The position numbers were made by a program, and so were the translations under genes. From the NCBI GenBank assembly GCA_965226375.1, contig CBDDCX010000008.1, forward strand, positions 672,001 through 736,000: DNA of 64,000 bases, given 5' to 3'. Every line of letters begins with the position of its first letter. The first letter of the stretch is position 1. Origin of the DNA: Longimicrobiales bacterium. Lineage in GTDB: Bacteria > Gemmatimonadota > Gemmatimonadetes > Longimicrobiales > Gaopeijiaceae. Below, piece by piece: positions 9,800 through 21,355 of this stretch. The notes under the pieces were generated by a model. The model was not told the origin of the DNA and ran no database searches. It saw only the letters and a program-made list of their open reading frames with translations.

Positions 9800-11472
9800 T
9801 AGTCGTCTAGGGGGTTGGCGAGATCTTCTATCGGAACCGGTTTCACTGGGATCCTGGGGGCGAAGCCTGAATACTCGTCTCGTGCGCGGCCGGTACGCTC
9901 GGCCAGGAAGTCCTCGAGCGCCGGCCCGCAGTACCGCGCCTGGCAACGCCCCATCCCGATCCGGGTCCGCTGCTTTATCTCACCCGGCGAGGTCGCTCCC
10001 TCGGCCAGTGCCGCTTCGACTTGGCCATACGATACCTCCTCGCAGCGGCAGATCACCGTGTCACCGGTGGGCTGCGGCTGCAGGGATTCCTCCATTCGAT
10101 ACATCCGCCAGAGCGCCTTCTGAAAGCGGCCGTGACGCGCGGCGTTCGTCTCGGCCTGCGCCTCCAGGCGAGCGGCCTCGGCCGAGAGCGGGCGGTCCAG
10201 GGCTCGGGCGGCGGCGAACCCCGCGAGGGTCCCCTCGGCCAGCCCGACCCGCGCCCCTCCGAGCCTGGTGCAGTCGCCGAGGGCCCAGACGCCGGCCACG
10301 CTGGTCGCGCCCTGTGCGGTGCGTACGGTTACGAGTCGGCGTTGCCCGGGATCGAACGCATGTGAACATCCGAGCGCCCGCAGTAGTTCATTCGAGGGAT
10401 GGAACCCGTAGCCGAGACATACGACATCCGACCTGAGCTCGGCGGCTTCGCGCCCCTCGATCGTCGCCAGCAGACCGCCCGAGTCGTGTCTGACCGACGT
10501 CAGAACCGATCCGTTCATCAACCGCACGCCGGCACGGCGGCACCTCGAGAGATAGCGCACTCCATCGGCCACTAGGCCGGGTGCATTCGCGAGCATGGTC
10601 GCGATCTCCTTCACCCGGCGTGGGCCCACACCCGGCGCCGCCTCGACCACGGCAACGACCTCGGCTCCGCCCGCGACGAGCTCCGCGGCGAGTTGGAGAT
10701 TGAGCGGCCCGTTGCCGGCGATCAGTACGCGTCTCCCGGGCAGGCGGCGAGCGGTACGCCACATGGTTTGCGCCGCCCCTGTTGTCATGACTCCGGGAAG
10801 GGTCCATCCAGGCACCGGCCAGCCTCGATCGTATGCACCGGTTGCGACGATCGCCGTGCGGGGCAGCACACGAACGGTGCTCCCACTGATCGTCGCCGCG
10901 AACTCCAACGGCGGGAAAGCTCCCCAGACCAACGCGTTCGATAGCACGGTCACACCGGAAGCGAGGACATCGTCGATCAGTTGCTGCCCCTCGCGATGTT
11001 GCGCGTCGGGCGGGACGACGTCGGCAGCGGAGCACTGCTTGAAGTACTGGCCGCCCGGCGCCGATCCCTCGTCGAGCAGGAGCACCTCGGCCCCGGCGAG
11101 CCGGGCGGCATAAGCGGCGGCGAGCCCTCCCGGTCCGGCGCCACCCACTAACACGTCCGGGCGCTTGATCGGGATCTCTTCGATCGTGATCGGGGGGCGA
11201 CCCTGAACCACGTCGACTGCGGGCGGGGCACGCCCACTCGCTTCGCGCCTGACCTTCATGGGTCGGTCGACCTTCAGCGTGCAGGCACGTTGGTTCGGCC
11301 GTCCGTCGACTTCGACCAAGCAATCCTGGCACACACCCATGCCGCAGAAAACACCGCGTTCGGCACCACCTTCGGTTGTGCGAAACGAACGGATGCCGTG
11401 AGCCGTGAGCGTTGCCGCGAGACTCTCGCCCGGGTGGGCCTCGAGGGTCTCACCCTCGAATTCGATCTTCAG
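9799..11472 (-). CDS. Fused 2Fe-2S + NAD(P)/FAD oxidoreductase + BFD-like domain (HcnA/HcnB- or opine-oxidase-like)
   Basis: [10 protein letters not shown]...RAC, GAGPGG, ATGAYDR, ICRCEEV and [10 protein letters not shown] motifs; frame extends upstream to a CTG after AAGGAG. Confidence 0.85.
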   Translation of the reverse strand: MKIEFEGETLEAHPGESLAATLTAHGIRSFRTTEGGAERGVFCGMGVCQDCLVEVDGRPNQRACTLKVDRPMKVRREASGRAPPAVDVVQGRPPITIEEIPIKRPDVLVGGAGPGGLAAAYAARLAGAEVLLLDEGSAPGGQYFKQCSAADVVPPDAQHREGQQLIDDVLASGVTVLSNALVWGAFPPLEFAATISGSTVRVLPRTAIVATGAYDRGWPVPGWTLPGVMTTGAAQTMWRTARRLPGRRVLIAGNGPLNLQLAAELVAGGAEVVAVVEAAPGVGPRRVKEIATMLANAPGLVADGVRYLSRCRRAGVRLMNGSVLTSVRHDSGGLLATIEGREAAELRSDVVCLGYGFHPSNELLRALGCSHAFDPGQRRLVTVRTAQGATSVAGVWALGDCTRLGGARVGLAEGTLAGFAAARALDRPLSAEAARLEAQAETNAARHGRFQKALWRMYRMEESLQPQPTGDTVICRCEEVSYGQVEAALAEGATSPGEIKQRTRIGMGRCQARYCGPALEDFLAERTGRARDEYSGFAPRIPVKPVPIEDLANPLDD

Positions 11473-11573
11473 CGTCAGGTCTCCTTGCGCGCGATGATGG
11501 CCATCCGGAGATTCCGCAGGCCAAAGTCACCGTACGCCGGATAATCGGCAATATGAGCGCCAGGAGCTCGCCC

Positions 11574-12965
11574 ATGTCCTCCCTGTCGGAGCTGGATCGG
11601 CGGTACCTCTTCCACCCGATGACCGCGCTCGCCACCCACGAGCAGTGCGGGCCGGTTCCGGTCATCGTCAAGGGCGAGGGAGTGTGGCTGGAGGATGCCG
11701 AGGGGCGGCGATACCTCGATGCCATGGCGGGCCTCTGGTGCGTCAACGTCGGCTACGGGCGGAGGGAGATTGCCGAGGCGTTGGAGCATCAAGCGAGCAC
11801 GCTGTCGTACTGCCACACGTTCTCCGGCGTGTCGTCCGACCAGGCGATTCTGCTTGCCGAGCGGCTCATCGAGATGGCGCCCGTGCCCATGTCCAAGGTG
11901 TTCTTCGGCAACTCGGGCTCCGATGCCAACGACAGCGCGGTCAAGCTCGTCTGGTACTACCAGAATGTCCGCGACAAGCCGGAAAAGAAGAAGATCATCG
12001 CCCGCGAGCGCGGCTACCACGGCGTCACGATCGTGTCGGGGAGCCTGACCGGGCTGCACGCCCCGCACGCGGGGTTCGACCTTCCGCTGCCGTTCGTGAA
12101 ACACACCACCGCACCACGACCGCTGTGGGAGGGCGCGGGACTCACCGATGCGGAATTCGTCGGCAAGCTCGTGGATGATCTCGAGCAGCTCATTCGGGCG
12201 GAGGGTCCGGAAACGATCGCTGCCATGATCGTCGAGCCTGTGATGGGCGCGGGCGGAGTGATCGTACCCCCCGAGGGATATTATCCGGCTATCCAGGAGG
12301 TGCTCGCTCGCCACGACATTCTGCTGATCGCCGACGAGGTGATCACCGGATTCGGGCGCTTGGGCCGCCCCTTCGGGACGGAAGTGTGCGGCCTCGAGCC
12401 CGACCTGATCATCCTGGCCAAGGGCGTCACCTCTGGGTACACGCCGCTATCGGGCTGCATGGTATCGGAGACTCTCTGGCGAACGATCGTCGCGGGGGAG
12501 CAGCGATTCGGTGTGTTCGGTCACGGATTCACCTACACGGCGCATCCCGGTCCCGCGGCCGCCGCGCTCGCGAACCTGGACCTGATCGAGAGGGACCAGC
12601 TCGTCGCACAGGCTGCATCGCGCGGTGCCTATCAGCAAGAGCGCCTCGTGGACGCCTTCGGGGATCACCCGCTCGTGGGCGACATAAGGGGGGTGGGACT
12701 CATGAGCGGAGTGGAGTTCGTCGCGCGCCGCCAACCGGCCGTCGCGTTCGACCCGTCCTTGAAGGTGGCCGCGCGCATCGTCAAGGAAGCCTTTCAGCGG
12801 GGTGTCATCGGGCGGGCGCTGCCCCAGACCGACACGATCTCCTTCTCGCCGCCGTTCATCATCTCCGAAGAAGAGATCGACACGGCGGTGAAAGCTTTCC
12901 GTGAGGCGACCGACGTCGTGGCGCAGCAGCTCGTGGACGAGGGGACCTGGCGGCCCGAGGCGTGA
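11574..12965 (+). CDS. Class III PLP aminotransferase (omega-amine/putrescine type)
   Basis: [35 protein letters not shown] and HGFTY motifs; AGGAG RBS. Confidence 0.92.
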   Translation: MSSLSELDRRYLFHPMTALATHEQCGPVPVIVKGEGVWLEDAEGRRYLDAMAGLWCVNVGYGRREIAEALEHQASTLSYCHTFSGVSSDQAILLAERLIEMAPVPMSKVFFGNSGSDANDSAVKLVWYYQNVRDKPEKKKIIARERGYHGVTIVSGSLTGLHAPHAGFDLPLPFVKHTTAPRPLWEGAGLTDAEFVGKLVDDLEQLIRAEGPETIAAMIVEPVMGAGGVIVPPEGYYPAIQEVLARHDILLIADEVITGFGRLGRPFGTEVCGLEPDLIILAKGVTSGYTPLSGCMVSETLWRTIVAGEQRFGVFGHGFTYTAHPGPAAAALANLDLIERDQLVAQAASRGAYQQERLVDAFGDHPLVGDIRGVGLMSGVEFVARRQPAVAFDPSLKVAARIVKEAFQRGVIGRALPQTDTISFSPPFIISEEEIDTAVKAFREATDVVAQQLVDEGTWRPEA

Positions 12966-12966
12966 G

Positions 12967-13677
12967 GTGATCAACAAAGAGGTAGCCAGCGTAGAGGCGG
13001 CGGTCGCGGACGTCTTCAACGGTGCGACGGTAATGATCGGGGGCTTCGGCGAGGCGGGCAGCCCGGTCGAGCTCATCCATGCGCTCATCGACCAGGGGGC
13101 CACGGACCTGACCGTCGTAAACAACAACACCGGCAACGGCGAGGTCGGTCTGGCCGCCCTGATCAGAGCCGGGCGCGTATCGAAGATGATCTGTTCGCAC
13201 CCGCGCTCCACGAACTCGACGGTGTTCCCCGACCTGTACCGAAGTGGCCATACCGCGCTGGAACTGGTCCCGCAGGGCACGCTGGCCGAACGGATCAGGG
13301 CTGGTGGCGCCGGCATTCCGGCCTTCTACACGCCGACCGCCATGGGCACTCCCCTGGGGGAAGGAATGGAGCGCCGAAGCTTCCATGGTCGGGACTACCT
13401 GTTGGCGTACGGTTTGACGGCCGACTTCGCGCTGATCAAAGGACGGTCGGCGGATCGTCATGGCAACGTCGTCTACAACAAGACGGCCCGGAACTTCGGT
13501 CCCCTCATGGCCACGGCGGCGGCGATGACCATCGTGCAAGCGTCCTCGGTCGTTCCGGTCGGCGAACTCGACCCCGAGGCCATCATCACGCCGGGCATTT
13601 TCGTGAACCGTGTGGTCGCTGTCGCCGACCCCGCGCACGAGTCCGTCCTCGTCGCTGAAGGACTGTCGTACCCGTGA
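12967..13677 (+). CDS. pcaI: 3-oxoacid CoA-transferase subunit A
   Basis: MIGGFG, PQGTLAERIRAGGAG and ARNFGP motifs. Confidence 0.88.
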   Translation: MINKEVASVEAAVADVFNGATVMIGGFGEAGSPVELIHALIDQGATDLTVVNNNTGNGEVGLAALIRAGRVSKMICSHPRSTNSTVFPDLYRSGHTALELVPQGTLAERIRAGGAGIPAFYTPTAMGTPLGEGMERRSFHGRDYLLAYGLTADFALIKGRSADRHGNVVYNKTARNFGPLMATAAAMTIVQASSVVPVGELDPEAIITPGIFVNRVVAVADPAHESVLVAEGLSYP

Positions 13678-14336
13678 GTGAGCGAAGCGCTCGCGTTGGC
13701 CTCACACGAGATGAAATGGCGCAGCGCTGCGCTCTCGACATTCGCGACGCCTCGTACGTCAATCTCGGTATCGGCATCCCCGAGGGGGTCGCAGCGCACG
13801 TGCCGAAGGGTCGCGAGGTGATCTTCCACACCGAGAACGGACTGCTCGGAATGGGGCCTCCGCCGGATGCTGGTGCGGGCGACCCTGAGCTGATCAACGC
13901 GGGCAAGCGCCAGGTGACGGCCAATCCTGGGGCGGCGTATTTCCACCACGCGGACAGCTTCTCCATGATCCGCGGCGGACATCTCGACTTGTGTGTCCTC
14001 GGTGCGATGCAGGTCTCTGCATCAGGCGACCTGGCGAACTGGTCGACGGGTGTACCGGATGCCATTCCCGCCGTGGGAGGCGCGATGGACCTCGTGGCCG
14101 GTGTGGAGACGATCTACGTCATCACCCAGCACACCACCCGCGGCGGTGATGCCAAGCTCGTTGAATTATGCAGCTATCCGCTTACCGGAGTCGGCGTCGT
14201 CGATCGTATCTACACCGATCTTGCCGTCATCGACGTGGTCGAGGAGGGTTTTCGGATCGTCGAGCTGAGCCCCGGAGTGACCTTCGAGTACGTGCGGGAA
14301 CGAACAGCGGCGCCGCTGATTCCGGGGGGTGAATGA
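13674..14336 (+). CDS. pcaJ: 3-oxoacid CoA-transferase subunit B
   Basis: YVNLGIGIP, TENG (catalytic Glu), GDLANW and GGAMDL motifs. Confidence 0.88.
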   Translation: MSERSARVGLTRDEMAQRCALDIRDASYVNLGIGIPEGVAAHVPKGREVIFHTENGLLGMGPPPDAGAGDPELINAGKRQVTANPGAAYFHHADSFSMIRGGHLDLCVLGAMQVSASGDLANWSTGVPDAIPAVGGAMDLVAGVETIYVITQHTTRGGDAKLVELCSYPLTGVGVVDRIYTDLAVIDVVEEGFRIVELSPGVTFEYVRERTAAPLIPGGE

Positions 14337-15832
14337 AGCGGCCGGCAGGGGGCATCCTTTTCTTGTGGACTGCGGCGGCGATGCTCATGCTGACCGGAGC
14401 CACGCTGGCCGGTGGCGCGGACATCGCTCCGGGTGAAGCGTCCGCTGTTGCGCTAAGTGACGTAGGGACCACGTCCCCCCTACAGATTTCGGCGATCGGC
14501 CGGGATCTGAACACTCCGTTGGTGGACCGAGCTCGATCCCTGCTCGGTCTGCTCGTCCTCGGGCTCATCGCCTGGCTGCTCAGCAACGACCGTAGGTCCG
14601 TTCCGTGGCGGGTCGTGGCCTGGGGGATGGCGCTCCAGCTGCTCTTTGCCGTCTTCATTCTCAAGACCCCGGTCGGGGGCGTCGTTTTCGACGGCCTGAA
14701 CGCGGTCGTGATGGCCCTTCTCGGGTTCACCCTGGACGGGGCCCGCTTCATCTTCGGGAATCTGGTCTGGGACAACCTGCCGGTGGGAACGGGATCCACC
14801 GGCACGGTGGGACAGGGTGCGTTCCAGGCTGCCGATGGGCAGGTGGCAAACACCGGAGCACTCATCGCGTTCAACGTGCTCCCCACGATCATCTTCATCT
14901 CCTCGCTGATGACGGTGCTGTATCACCTGGGGATCATGCAGGTGGTCGTGAAGGGCTTCGCCTGGATCATGCAGCGGACCATGCGTACATCGGGAGCCGA
15001 AACGCTGTCGGCGGCCGGGAACATCTTCGTGGGGATGACCGAGGCGCCCCTTCTGATCAAACCGTTCATCGAACGGATGACTCAGTCGGAGATCATGGCG
15101 GTCATGACCGGGGGCTTCGCGACGGTGGCGGGTGGAGTGCTGGCCGCGTACGTGGGAATGCTGGTCGCGTTTTTCCCGGACATCGCGGGGCATCTCATGG
15201 CGGCGTCCGTCATGTCTGCCCCGGCGGCACTCATGGTGGCGAAGCTCATGCATCCGGAGACGGAAGAGCCCGAGACATCGGGCACTCTGGAGCTGAGGGT
15301 GGACCGTCCGGATCCGAACGTCATCGGAGCGGCCGCGAGGGGCGCGTCCGAAGGACTCCACCTCGCGTTGAACGTCGGTGCGATGCTCCTCGCCTTCGTG
15401 GCCCTCGTGTTCATGTTCGATGGTATTCTCGGGTGGCTCGGGGGATTGGTAGGACTGGGTGGTCTGTCTCTGCAGCTCGTTCTCGGATGGCTGTTCTCTC
15501 CGATCGCGTGGCTCATGGGCGTCGCGTGGGTGGATGCTGCGGAGGTCGGAGCTCTTCTAGGCATGCGCACCGCGCTGAACGAGTTCTTCGCCTACCTACA
15601 GCTCGCTGCCACGCTCGGACAGGGGTCCGACTTGCAGCCCCGATCGATCATCATCGCCACGTACGCGCTGTCCGGCTTCGCCAACTTCGCGTCCATCGCC
15701 ATCCAGATCGGCGGAATCGGGGGGATCGGTCCGTCTCGTAAAGACGATGTGGCCCGACTCGGGCTGCGCGCCATGATCGGGGGCACGATCGCCGCGTTCA
15801 TGACGGCGGCTGTGGTGGGGATGCTGCTGTGA
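14333..15832 (+). CDS. nupC: Concentrative nucleoside transporter (CNT/NupC)
   Basis: GNIFVGMTEAP, GFATVAG, NEFFAY and FANFASIAIQIGG motifs. Confidence 0.92.
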   Translation: MKRPAGGILFLWTAAAMLMLTGATLAGGADIAPGEASAVALSDVGTTSPLQISAIGRDLNTPLVDRARSLLGLLVLGLIAWLLSNDRRSVPWRVVAWGMALQLLFAVFILKTPVGGVVFDGLNAVVMALLGFTLDGARFIFGNLVWDNLPVGTGSTGTVGQGAFQAADGQVANTGALIAFNVLPTIIFISSLMTVLYHLGIMQVVVKGFAWIMQRTMRTSGAETLSAAGNIFVGMTEAPLLIKPFIERMTQSEIMAVMTGGFATVAGGVLAAYVGMLVAFFPDIAGHLMAASVMSAPAALMVAKLMHPETEEPETSGTLELRVDRPDPNVIGAAARGASEGLHLALNVGAMLLAFVALVFMFDGILGWLGGLVGLGGLSLQLVLGWLFSPIAWLMGVAWVDAAEVGALLGMRTALNEFFAYLQLAATLGQGSDLQPRSIIIATYALSGFANFASIAIQIGGIGGIGPSRKDDVARLGLRAMIGGTIAAFMTAAVVGMLL

Positions 15833-16668
15833 GTGGCGTTGGGGAATTCGGACCCGCCGCGGTGGAGCAGGCGGCAGAGGTGCTGCGCGAACGGATCCAG
15901 GGTGATCCCGAGGTGCTCGTGGTATTGGGCTCGGGGTTGGCCGGCCTTTCCGATCTCCTCGAGGAGCCGGTGACGGTAGAGTTCAGTGAGGTGTCCGGCT
16001 TTCCTGCCACGTCGGTGGCCGGGCACTCGGGCCGGTACGTATTCGGCCTCCTGGAAGGGAAGGGGACGCTGGTTCAGATCGGGCGCTTCCATGCCTACGA
16101 AGGTCATCCGATGGACGTGGTCGTGGCGCCCATCCGGGTTGCATCAGCGCTCGGGATCGACACGATGGTCGTCACCAACGCTACGGGGGGACTGCATCCC
16201 GAGCTGTCGCCCGGCACGCTGGTTCTTCTGGATGACCACATCAACCTGATGTATCGCAGTCCGCTGGCGGGGTCGGTCCGCGATGGCGAGGAGCGCTTTC
16301 CGGACATGAGCCGGCCGTTCGATCCCGCGCTGCAGGAGTTGGCCGTTGCCGCGGCGCTCGAGTTCGGCATCCCTCTTCCGCGTGGGACGTATGCAGGAAT
16401 GTTGGGGCCCAGCTATGAGACTCCCGCCGAGGTTCGCATGCTCGCGTCACTCGGAGCTGACGTGGTTGGGATGTCCACGGTTCCGGAGGTGATCACGGCA
16501 CGAGCGTTGGGGATACGGGTGCTGGGGTTCTCTGTGGTCACGAACCCGGGGGCCGGGGTGGTCGGGGGTGGAGAGACGCTGAGCCATGCCGAGGTGTTGG
16601 AGATGGGGGAGGGGGCGGCTGATCGGTTGGGGGGAATCTTGCGCGGTGTTTTTCGGGCGCTGGAGTGA
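15829..16668 (+). CDS. punA: Purine nucleoside phosphorylase (trimeric type)
   Basis: VLGSGL, GRFHAYEG, GPSYETPAE and VGMSTVPE motifs. Confidence 0.92.
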   Translation: MSGVGEFGPAAVEQAAEVLRERIQGDPEVLVVLGSGLAGLSDLLEEPVTVEFSEVSGFPATSVAGHSGRYVFGLLEGKGTLVQIGRFHAYEGHPMDVVVAPIRVASALGIDTMVVTNATGGLHPELSPGTLVLLDDHINLMYRSPLAGSVRDGEERFPDMSRPFDPALQELAVAAALEFGIPLPRGTYAGMLGPSYETPAEVRMLASLGADVVGMSTVPEVITARALGIRVLGFSVVTNPGAGVVGGGETLSHAEVLEMGEGAADRLGGILRGVFRALE

Positions 16669-16691
16669 TTGGATTCGGTCGGTGAGCCGCT

Positions 16692-17498
16692 TCAGTCCGT
16701 AGGTCGAGCCGGCACGAAGTGGTTGATCGGACCATGCCCGGCTCCCAGCCCCGGCGCTGCCTCAAGGGCGCGGACTACGTAGTCTATGGCTGCGTCGGTG
16801 GCGTCCATGAGCGGCAGCCCCAGGGCCAGCCCGGCGGCTAACGCGGCCGAGAGCGTACAGCCGGTACCATGGCCCGCCGTGGTATGGATCCGAGGGCGGG
16901 ACCAGACTTGATGACCTTCGGCGGTTACCAGAACGTCCACCACTTCATCCCCTTCCAGGTGCCCACCCTTGATGAGGGCGGCGCGGGCGCCCATTTCGAG
17001 CAGGTCCCGCCCTGCGGTCTCCAGGTCGTCGGGACTCTCGAGCGAGCGCCCGGTCAGGATGCGAGCTTCCTGCAGGTTGGGTGTCACAACGGTGGCCAGC
17101 GGGATCAGGTCGTCCCGGATCTCGTCCACCGCACCGTCGTCCAGAAGCCGATGCCCACTGGTGGACACCATCACCGGGTCGAGCACGTAGTTGTCCAGGC
17201 CGTGGCCGCGGATACGCTCAGCCACGGTCGCCACCAGGGCGGCCGTACCGAGCATGCCGGACTTCACGGCCACTGGTTCTAGATCGCCGACCACCGCGTC
17301 GATCTGGGCCCGTACCACGTCCGCCGGAATGCCGTGCACGGCCTCGACCCCGAGTGTGTTCTGGGCCGTGATGGCGGTGACGGCGCTACAGCCGAAGACA
17401 CCGAACGCATGGAAGGTCTTGAGGTCCGCCTGTATTCCGGCACCGCCACCGCTGTCACTTCCGGCGATTGTGAGGGCTACGACAGGTGGGTTATCCAT
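16692..17498 (-). CDS. thiD: Hydroxymethylpyrimidine/phosphomethylpyrimidine kinase
   Basis: [18 protein letters not shown] and HGTGCTLS motifs. Confidence 0.95.
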   Translation of the reverse strand: MDNPPVVALTIAGSDSGGGAGIQADLKTFHAFGVFGCSAVTAITAQNTLGVEAVHGIPADVVRAQIDAVVGDLEPVAVKSGMLGTAALVATVAERIRGHGLDNYVLDPVMVSTSGHRLLDDGAVDEIRDDLIPLATVVTPNLQEARILTGRSLESPDDLETAGRDLLEMGARAALIKGGHLEGDEVVDVLVTAEGHQVWSRPRIHTTAGHGTGCTLSAALAAGLALGLPLMDATDAAIDYVVRALEAAPGLGAGHGPINHFVPARPTD

Positions 17499-17556
17499 AG
17501 AGTCCAGGAAAGTGAGGGTCGCCCTTCGTTTCTGACACCCCTCCGAGGCCAATCTA

Positions 17557-18345
17557 GTGTCGCCCAGCAAGAACAAGATACTCCTCATCGAGCGCCTGAA
17601 GACTCGAAAGGGTCGTCCCCGAGAGGGGCTCGTCCTGGTCGAGGGCGTGCGGTGCGTGAGGGAGGCGCTCGCCGCTGGGGTGCCGGTCCGATTCGTGATT
17701 CGGTCCCGGAGGCTGCTCCAAACGGAGCCCGGCCGGGCCCTCGCGGCCGCTGTCTCGGAGCGGGGAGGGCCCGTGGACGAGGTGGACGACGCCGACCTGG
17801 ATGGCATGGCGGACACCGAGCATCCACAGGGAGTTCTTCTCGTTTGTGAGGAACCGAAGTGGGAACTCACGGCCCCTCCCACTCCGTCCGGTGGCCCCAT
17901 CTTGCTTCTCGATGCGATCCAGGATCCCGGCAACCTCGGCACGCTCATCCGGGCAGCCAGAGCGTTTGGGGTCTCGACCGTAGTGGCGCTCGACGGGTCG
18001 GTGGATCCCTGGAACGCCAAAGCCGTGAGGGCTTCGGCCGGAGCCTGCTTCCATCTGGACGTAGTGCGGTCTCCGTGGGCCGCAGTGGGCCCCTGGCTTG
18101 AAGGCCGGAAGGTGCGGCTTCTGGCCGCCGATCCCGGCGGAGGCGATGTTAGCGAGACAGAGCCGACCGCCCCATGGGCGTTGGCAGTCGGGAACGAAGG
18201 GGCCGGGCTTCGACCCGAGATCGTGGCGGCGGCTCAGGCCAAAATCGCCATCCCGATGGGGTCGGGTGCGGACTCGTTGAACGCCGGAGTGGCGGGCTCG
18301 ATTCTGCTCTACGTCCTCACAACACACGGAAGTGACGCTCCTTGA
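17557..18345 (+). CDS. TrmH/SpoU family RNA methyltransferase
   Basis: QDPGNLGT, GNEGAG and SLNAG motifs. Confidence 0.92.
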   Translation: MSPSKNKILLIERLKTRKGRPREGLVLVEGVRCVREALAAGVPVRFVIRSRRLLQTEPGRALAAAVSERGGPVDEVDDADLDGMADTEHPQGVLLVCEEPKWELTAPPTPSGGPILLLDAIQDPGNLGTLIRAARAFGVSTVVALDGSVDPWNAKAVRASAGACFHLDVVRSPWAAVGPWLEGRKVRLLAADPGGGDVSETEPTAPWALAVGNEGAGLRPEIVAAAQAKIAIPMGSGADSLNAGVAGSILLYVLTTHGSDAP

Positions 18346-19133
18346 TCGACATCTTGATCGACCCTTTGATCGTCGCAGTGATCGCCGGGGCCTTCGGGCT
18401 CACCATCGGATCGTTCTTGAACGTGTGCACCCTGCGTTGGCCCCAGGACGAATCCGTCGTCTTCCCGGGCTCGCACTGCACATCCTGCGGTGCCGACATC
18501 CATTGGTACGACAACGTTCCGGTCCTGAGCTACCTGATCCTGAGGGGCCGTTGTCGCGCGTGTAAGGAGCCTTATTCCATCCAGTACCCGCTGGTAGAGT
18601 TCGCCACGGGACTCGTCTGGGCCGGGGTCTTCGCTTATGGAGGACTCTCGGGCGAAGCGTTCCGCGGGGCCGTCTTCCTGACCATGCTCTTCGGGATCTC
18701 TCTGAGTGACGCTCGTTTCTACATCATTCCGGATCAGTTTTCACTGGGGGGGTTGGTCGTCGGCCTCACCCTCTCGTTCGTTCCGGGTGGGCTGACGTGG
18801 GTTGAGGCTGTGGTGGGTGCCGTAGTCGGCTTCGCCGTTCTGAAAGGTGTCGCGATCGCGGGCAAGTGGATGTTCAAAAAGGACGCCATGGGCGGTGGCG
18901 ACGTGAAGATGATGGCGATGATTGGTGCGTTCCTGGGGTGGCAGGGGGTGCTCCTGACCATCTTCCTGGGGTCGCTTCTGGGCTCGGTGATCTTCGGGCC
19001 CATCTCGTATAAGACAGGTAACCTGGTGCCGTTCGGGATTTTCCTGGCGGCGGGTGCCGCGGTGACCTACGGCTGGGGGAATGACATCATCGAGTGGTAC
19101 GTGACTACGGTGCTGGAGATGCCGGCGCGGTAG
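18342..19133 (+). CDS. pilD: Prepilin peptidase / N-methyltransferase
   Basis: GSFLNV, two CxxC, MGGGDVK and PFG motifs. Confidence 0.93.
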   Translation: MIDILIDPLIVAVIAGAFGLTIGSFLNVCTLRWPQDESVVFPGSHCTSCGADIHWYDNVPVLSYLILRGRCRACKEPYSIQYPLVEFATGLVWAGVFAYGGLSGEAFRGAVFLTMLFGISLSDARFYIIPDQFSLGGLVVGLTLSFVPGGLTWVEAVVGAVVGFAVLKGVAIAGKWMFKKDAMGGGDVKMMAMIGAFLGWQGVLLTIFLGSLLGSVIFGPISYKTGNLVPFGIFLAAGAAVTYGWGNDIIEWYVTTVLEMPAR

Positions 19134-19161
19134 GGGATGCGCCAGCCACGGACCTGACGGT

Positions 19162-21066
19162 CTAGTTGCCCACTCGCTCCTTCAACTCCTCGAACCAGTT
19201 CACCACAACGACAATTTCCGGGGCGACGACGGCGTTGTCCCCCACGGCCTGCTCCACCACCGCTCGCCCCGAGACCGGGTTCACATCCCATCCCGGGAGC
19301 AGACGCGGGAGCACGGCAACCACCTCGGGCGAGCTGCCCGCCGGTTGACCCGGTGCCATCGCAACAGCGAAGAGCGTGTCCCGTGACAGGCTCCAGTAGT
19401 ACACGGTCTGACCGTCGGGCGCCCAGCGGGGGGAGAGACCACCGGCTGCGGAGACGAGGCGCACTTCCCGCGCGTCGGGAAAGCTGCGTACGTAGATCTG
19501 CGGCCGGCCGGCTTCGTGAGACTCGTAAGCCGCAAGAGTCCCGTCTGGTGATACCGAGAGGTCCGTTTCGGTCCACTCAGCCGCCAGGTAGGGAGTGACG
19601 CGTTCCGGGTTGTTCGGGTTGACGATCAGAATATCCTGCGCGCCGGCCGCGTTTATCACGATGATGTCCTCGGATGGCCAGGCCAGCGCATGGTCATCAC
19701 TGGGAAGATTGAGGAGTCGGGTCGGCGGCGAGCTGCCATCGACAGGCGTGATGAAAAGGTCTTCCGCGATGGTGCCCGCCTGCTCCGAGGAGAACACCAT
19801 TCGGGTTCCGTCCGGAGACCAGGCCGCGGCGTGAGCGCCGCCGCCAAACGTAATCGGCGTCGTCGTTCCCGTGGCGAGGTCGTACGTAAAGACTGTCCGC
19901 TGCTCGATCCGGCCGGCCCCCGTGTTGAACGCGAGCCGCTCACCGTCTGGGGAAAACCGTGGCCAGTTGAAGACCCGGGGCGACAAGGGGATCGTGTCCA
20001 TGCCGCCACTCATTTCCAGCAGGAGGAGTTGTGACGCCTGTCCAACGTCCAGCGGGTTTGTGGCGTAGACTAGGGTACCCGTCCGGGAGATCGAATAGAA
20101 GGCGTTGTTTCCGACCAGATCTACGTCGTCCCTGACTGGAGCGGGACGTGCGCGTCTGCCCCAGCGGTCACACGCCATGACGGGCCGCCCTACGGTGCCG
20201 CTGCCGTTCCAGCGTGTATGGTCTGCCACGTGAAGGCCGGGTTCGTCAGGGCCTCCGCGAACCTCGCGGCGCTTTCGAACCGATCTGCAGGGAGCTTCTC
20301 CAGGGCTTTGCGTAGCGCGGCGTCGACATGCGGTGGGACCGCAGGCCGTTCTTCCGTGGCCGACACCGGTTTGCTAGAGATGATCTTGCCCAGCACCGCT
20401 TGAGCTGTCGCACCGGGATACGGTGGCTCGCCCACCAGCATCTCATACAGGACCGAACCTAAGGCATAGGTGTCGGTGGACGATCCCACGAACTGATCGC
20501 CCGTGGCTTGCTCCGGGCTCATGTAGAACGGAGTACCCAAGCTGAGGCCGGTCTCCGTCAGACGACCTCCACCAGCCGCACCTACGGCGAGCGCGATGCC
20601 GAAGTCTGCGATCAAGGGTCGCCCTCGTGCATCAGGATGTTGGCGGGCTTGATGTCTCGGTGGATCACCTTGTTGCGATGAGCGTAGTCGAGCGCCTCGG
20701 CCAGGTCGGTGGTGATCTTGACCGCCTCCTCCACGGGGAGCTGATGCTCACGGTCGAGTCTGTCCCTTAACGACTCGCCTTCTACGTAGGGCATCACGTA
20801 GAAGAGGAAGGCGTCAACCTCGCCCGAATCGAAGAGGGGGAGGATGTGGGGATGCTGCAGGTTGGCGGTGACCTTGATCTCGGCGAGGAAGCGCTCGGCA
20901 CCGACTACCGCGGCCAGTCGGGCTTGAGGACTTTGAGGGCGACCTTGCGCTCGTGCTTGAGGTCGTCGGCCAGGTAGACCGTGGCCATGCCGCCTTCGCC
21001 GAGTTCACGCTCGATGGTGTAGCGGCCGGCGAGGGCTGCGTTCAGGCGGGCGACGGGATCGGACAT
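19162..21066 (-). pseudogene. Ser/Thr protein kinase with C-terminal TolB/PD40 propeller; frameshifted and internally deleted
   Basis: MSDPVARLNAALAGRY..GEGGMATVY, HRDIKPANIL, ADFG and YMSPEQ split over frames (shifts near 20918, 20615, 20225); PD40 repeats; C-terminal VVVNWFEELK. Confidence 0.85.
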
Positions 21067-21072
21067 GCGGGC

Positions 21073-21102
21073 AAGATGCTGCTAGGGTGTGAACACCCAC
21101 AA
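21073..21102 (-). promoter_or_regulatory. Putative leaderless promoter TTGTGG-18-CATCTT-6-ATG
   Basis: Same spacing recurs at 24268-24297, 25568-25597 and 26959-26988. Confidence 0.55.
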
Positions 21103-21355
21103 GGCGGACAGGCTATACATGGGTTGTCCCATACAGCCATGGACGGATTCTGAGCCCCACGATTGGGGACGGTCGGAACAGGCTCGAAACTCCGGTGTCG
21201 GTGTCCCTGGCTGACCCCAGGACGCGCCCGGAGCAGGGGGTCGGACATCTCCTCGTGACCCCGCCTCAGCCCTCACAAGGCCTCCTGATAGGTCTCGAAA
21301 CACCCTCTTATATTTCATGTAACTTGTTGTCATTGTTAGATATGAGGGGGTTTCG

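Noticed and set aside
8639..11472. Hydrogen cyanide synthase hcnABC
   Set aside because: Same protein families, but co-transcription with an ABC importer and a DapA-like enzyme points to catabolism.
16692..18020. 442-aa N-terminally extended ThiD
   Set aside because: The extension overlaps the TrmH gene antisense; ThiD homology begins at ATG 17498.
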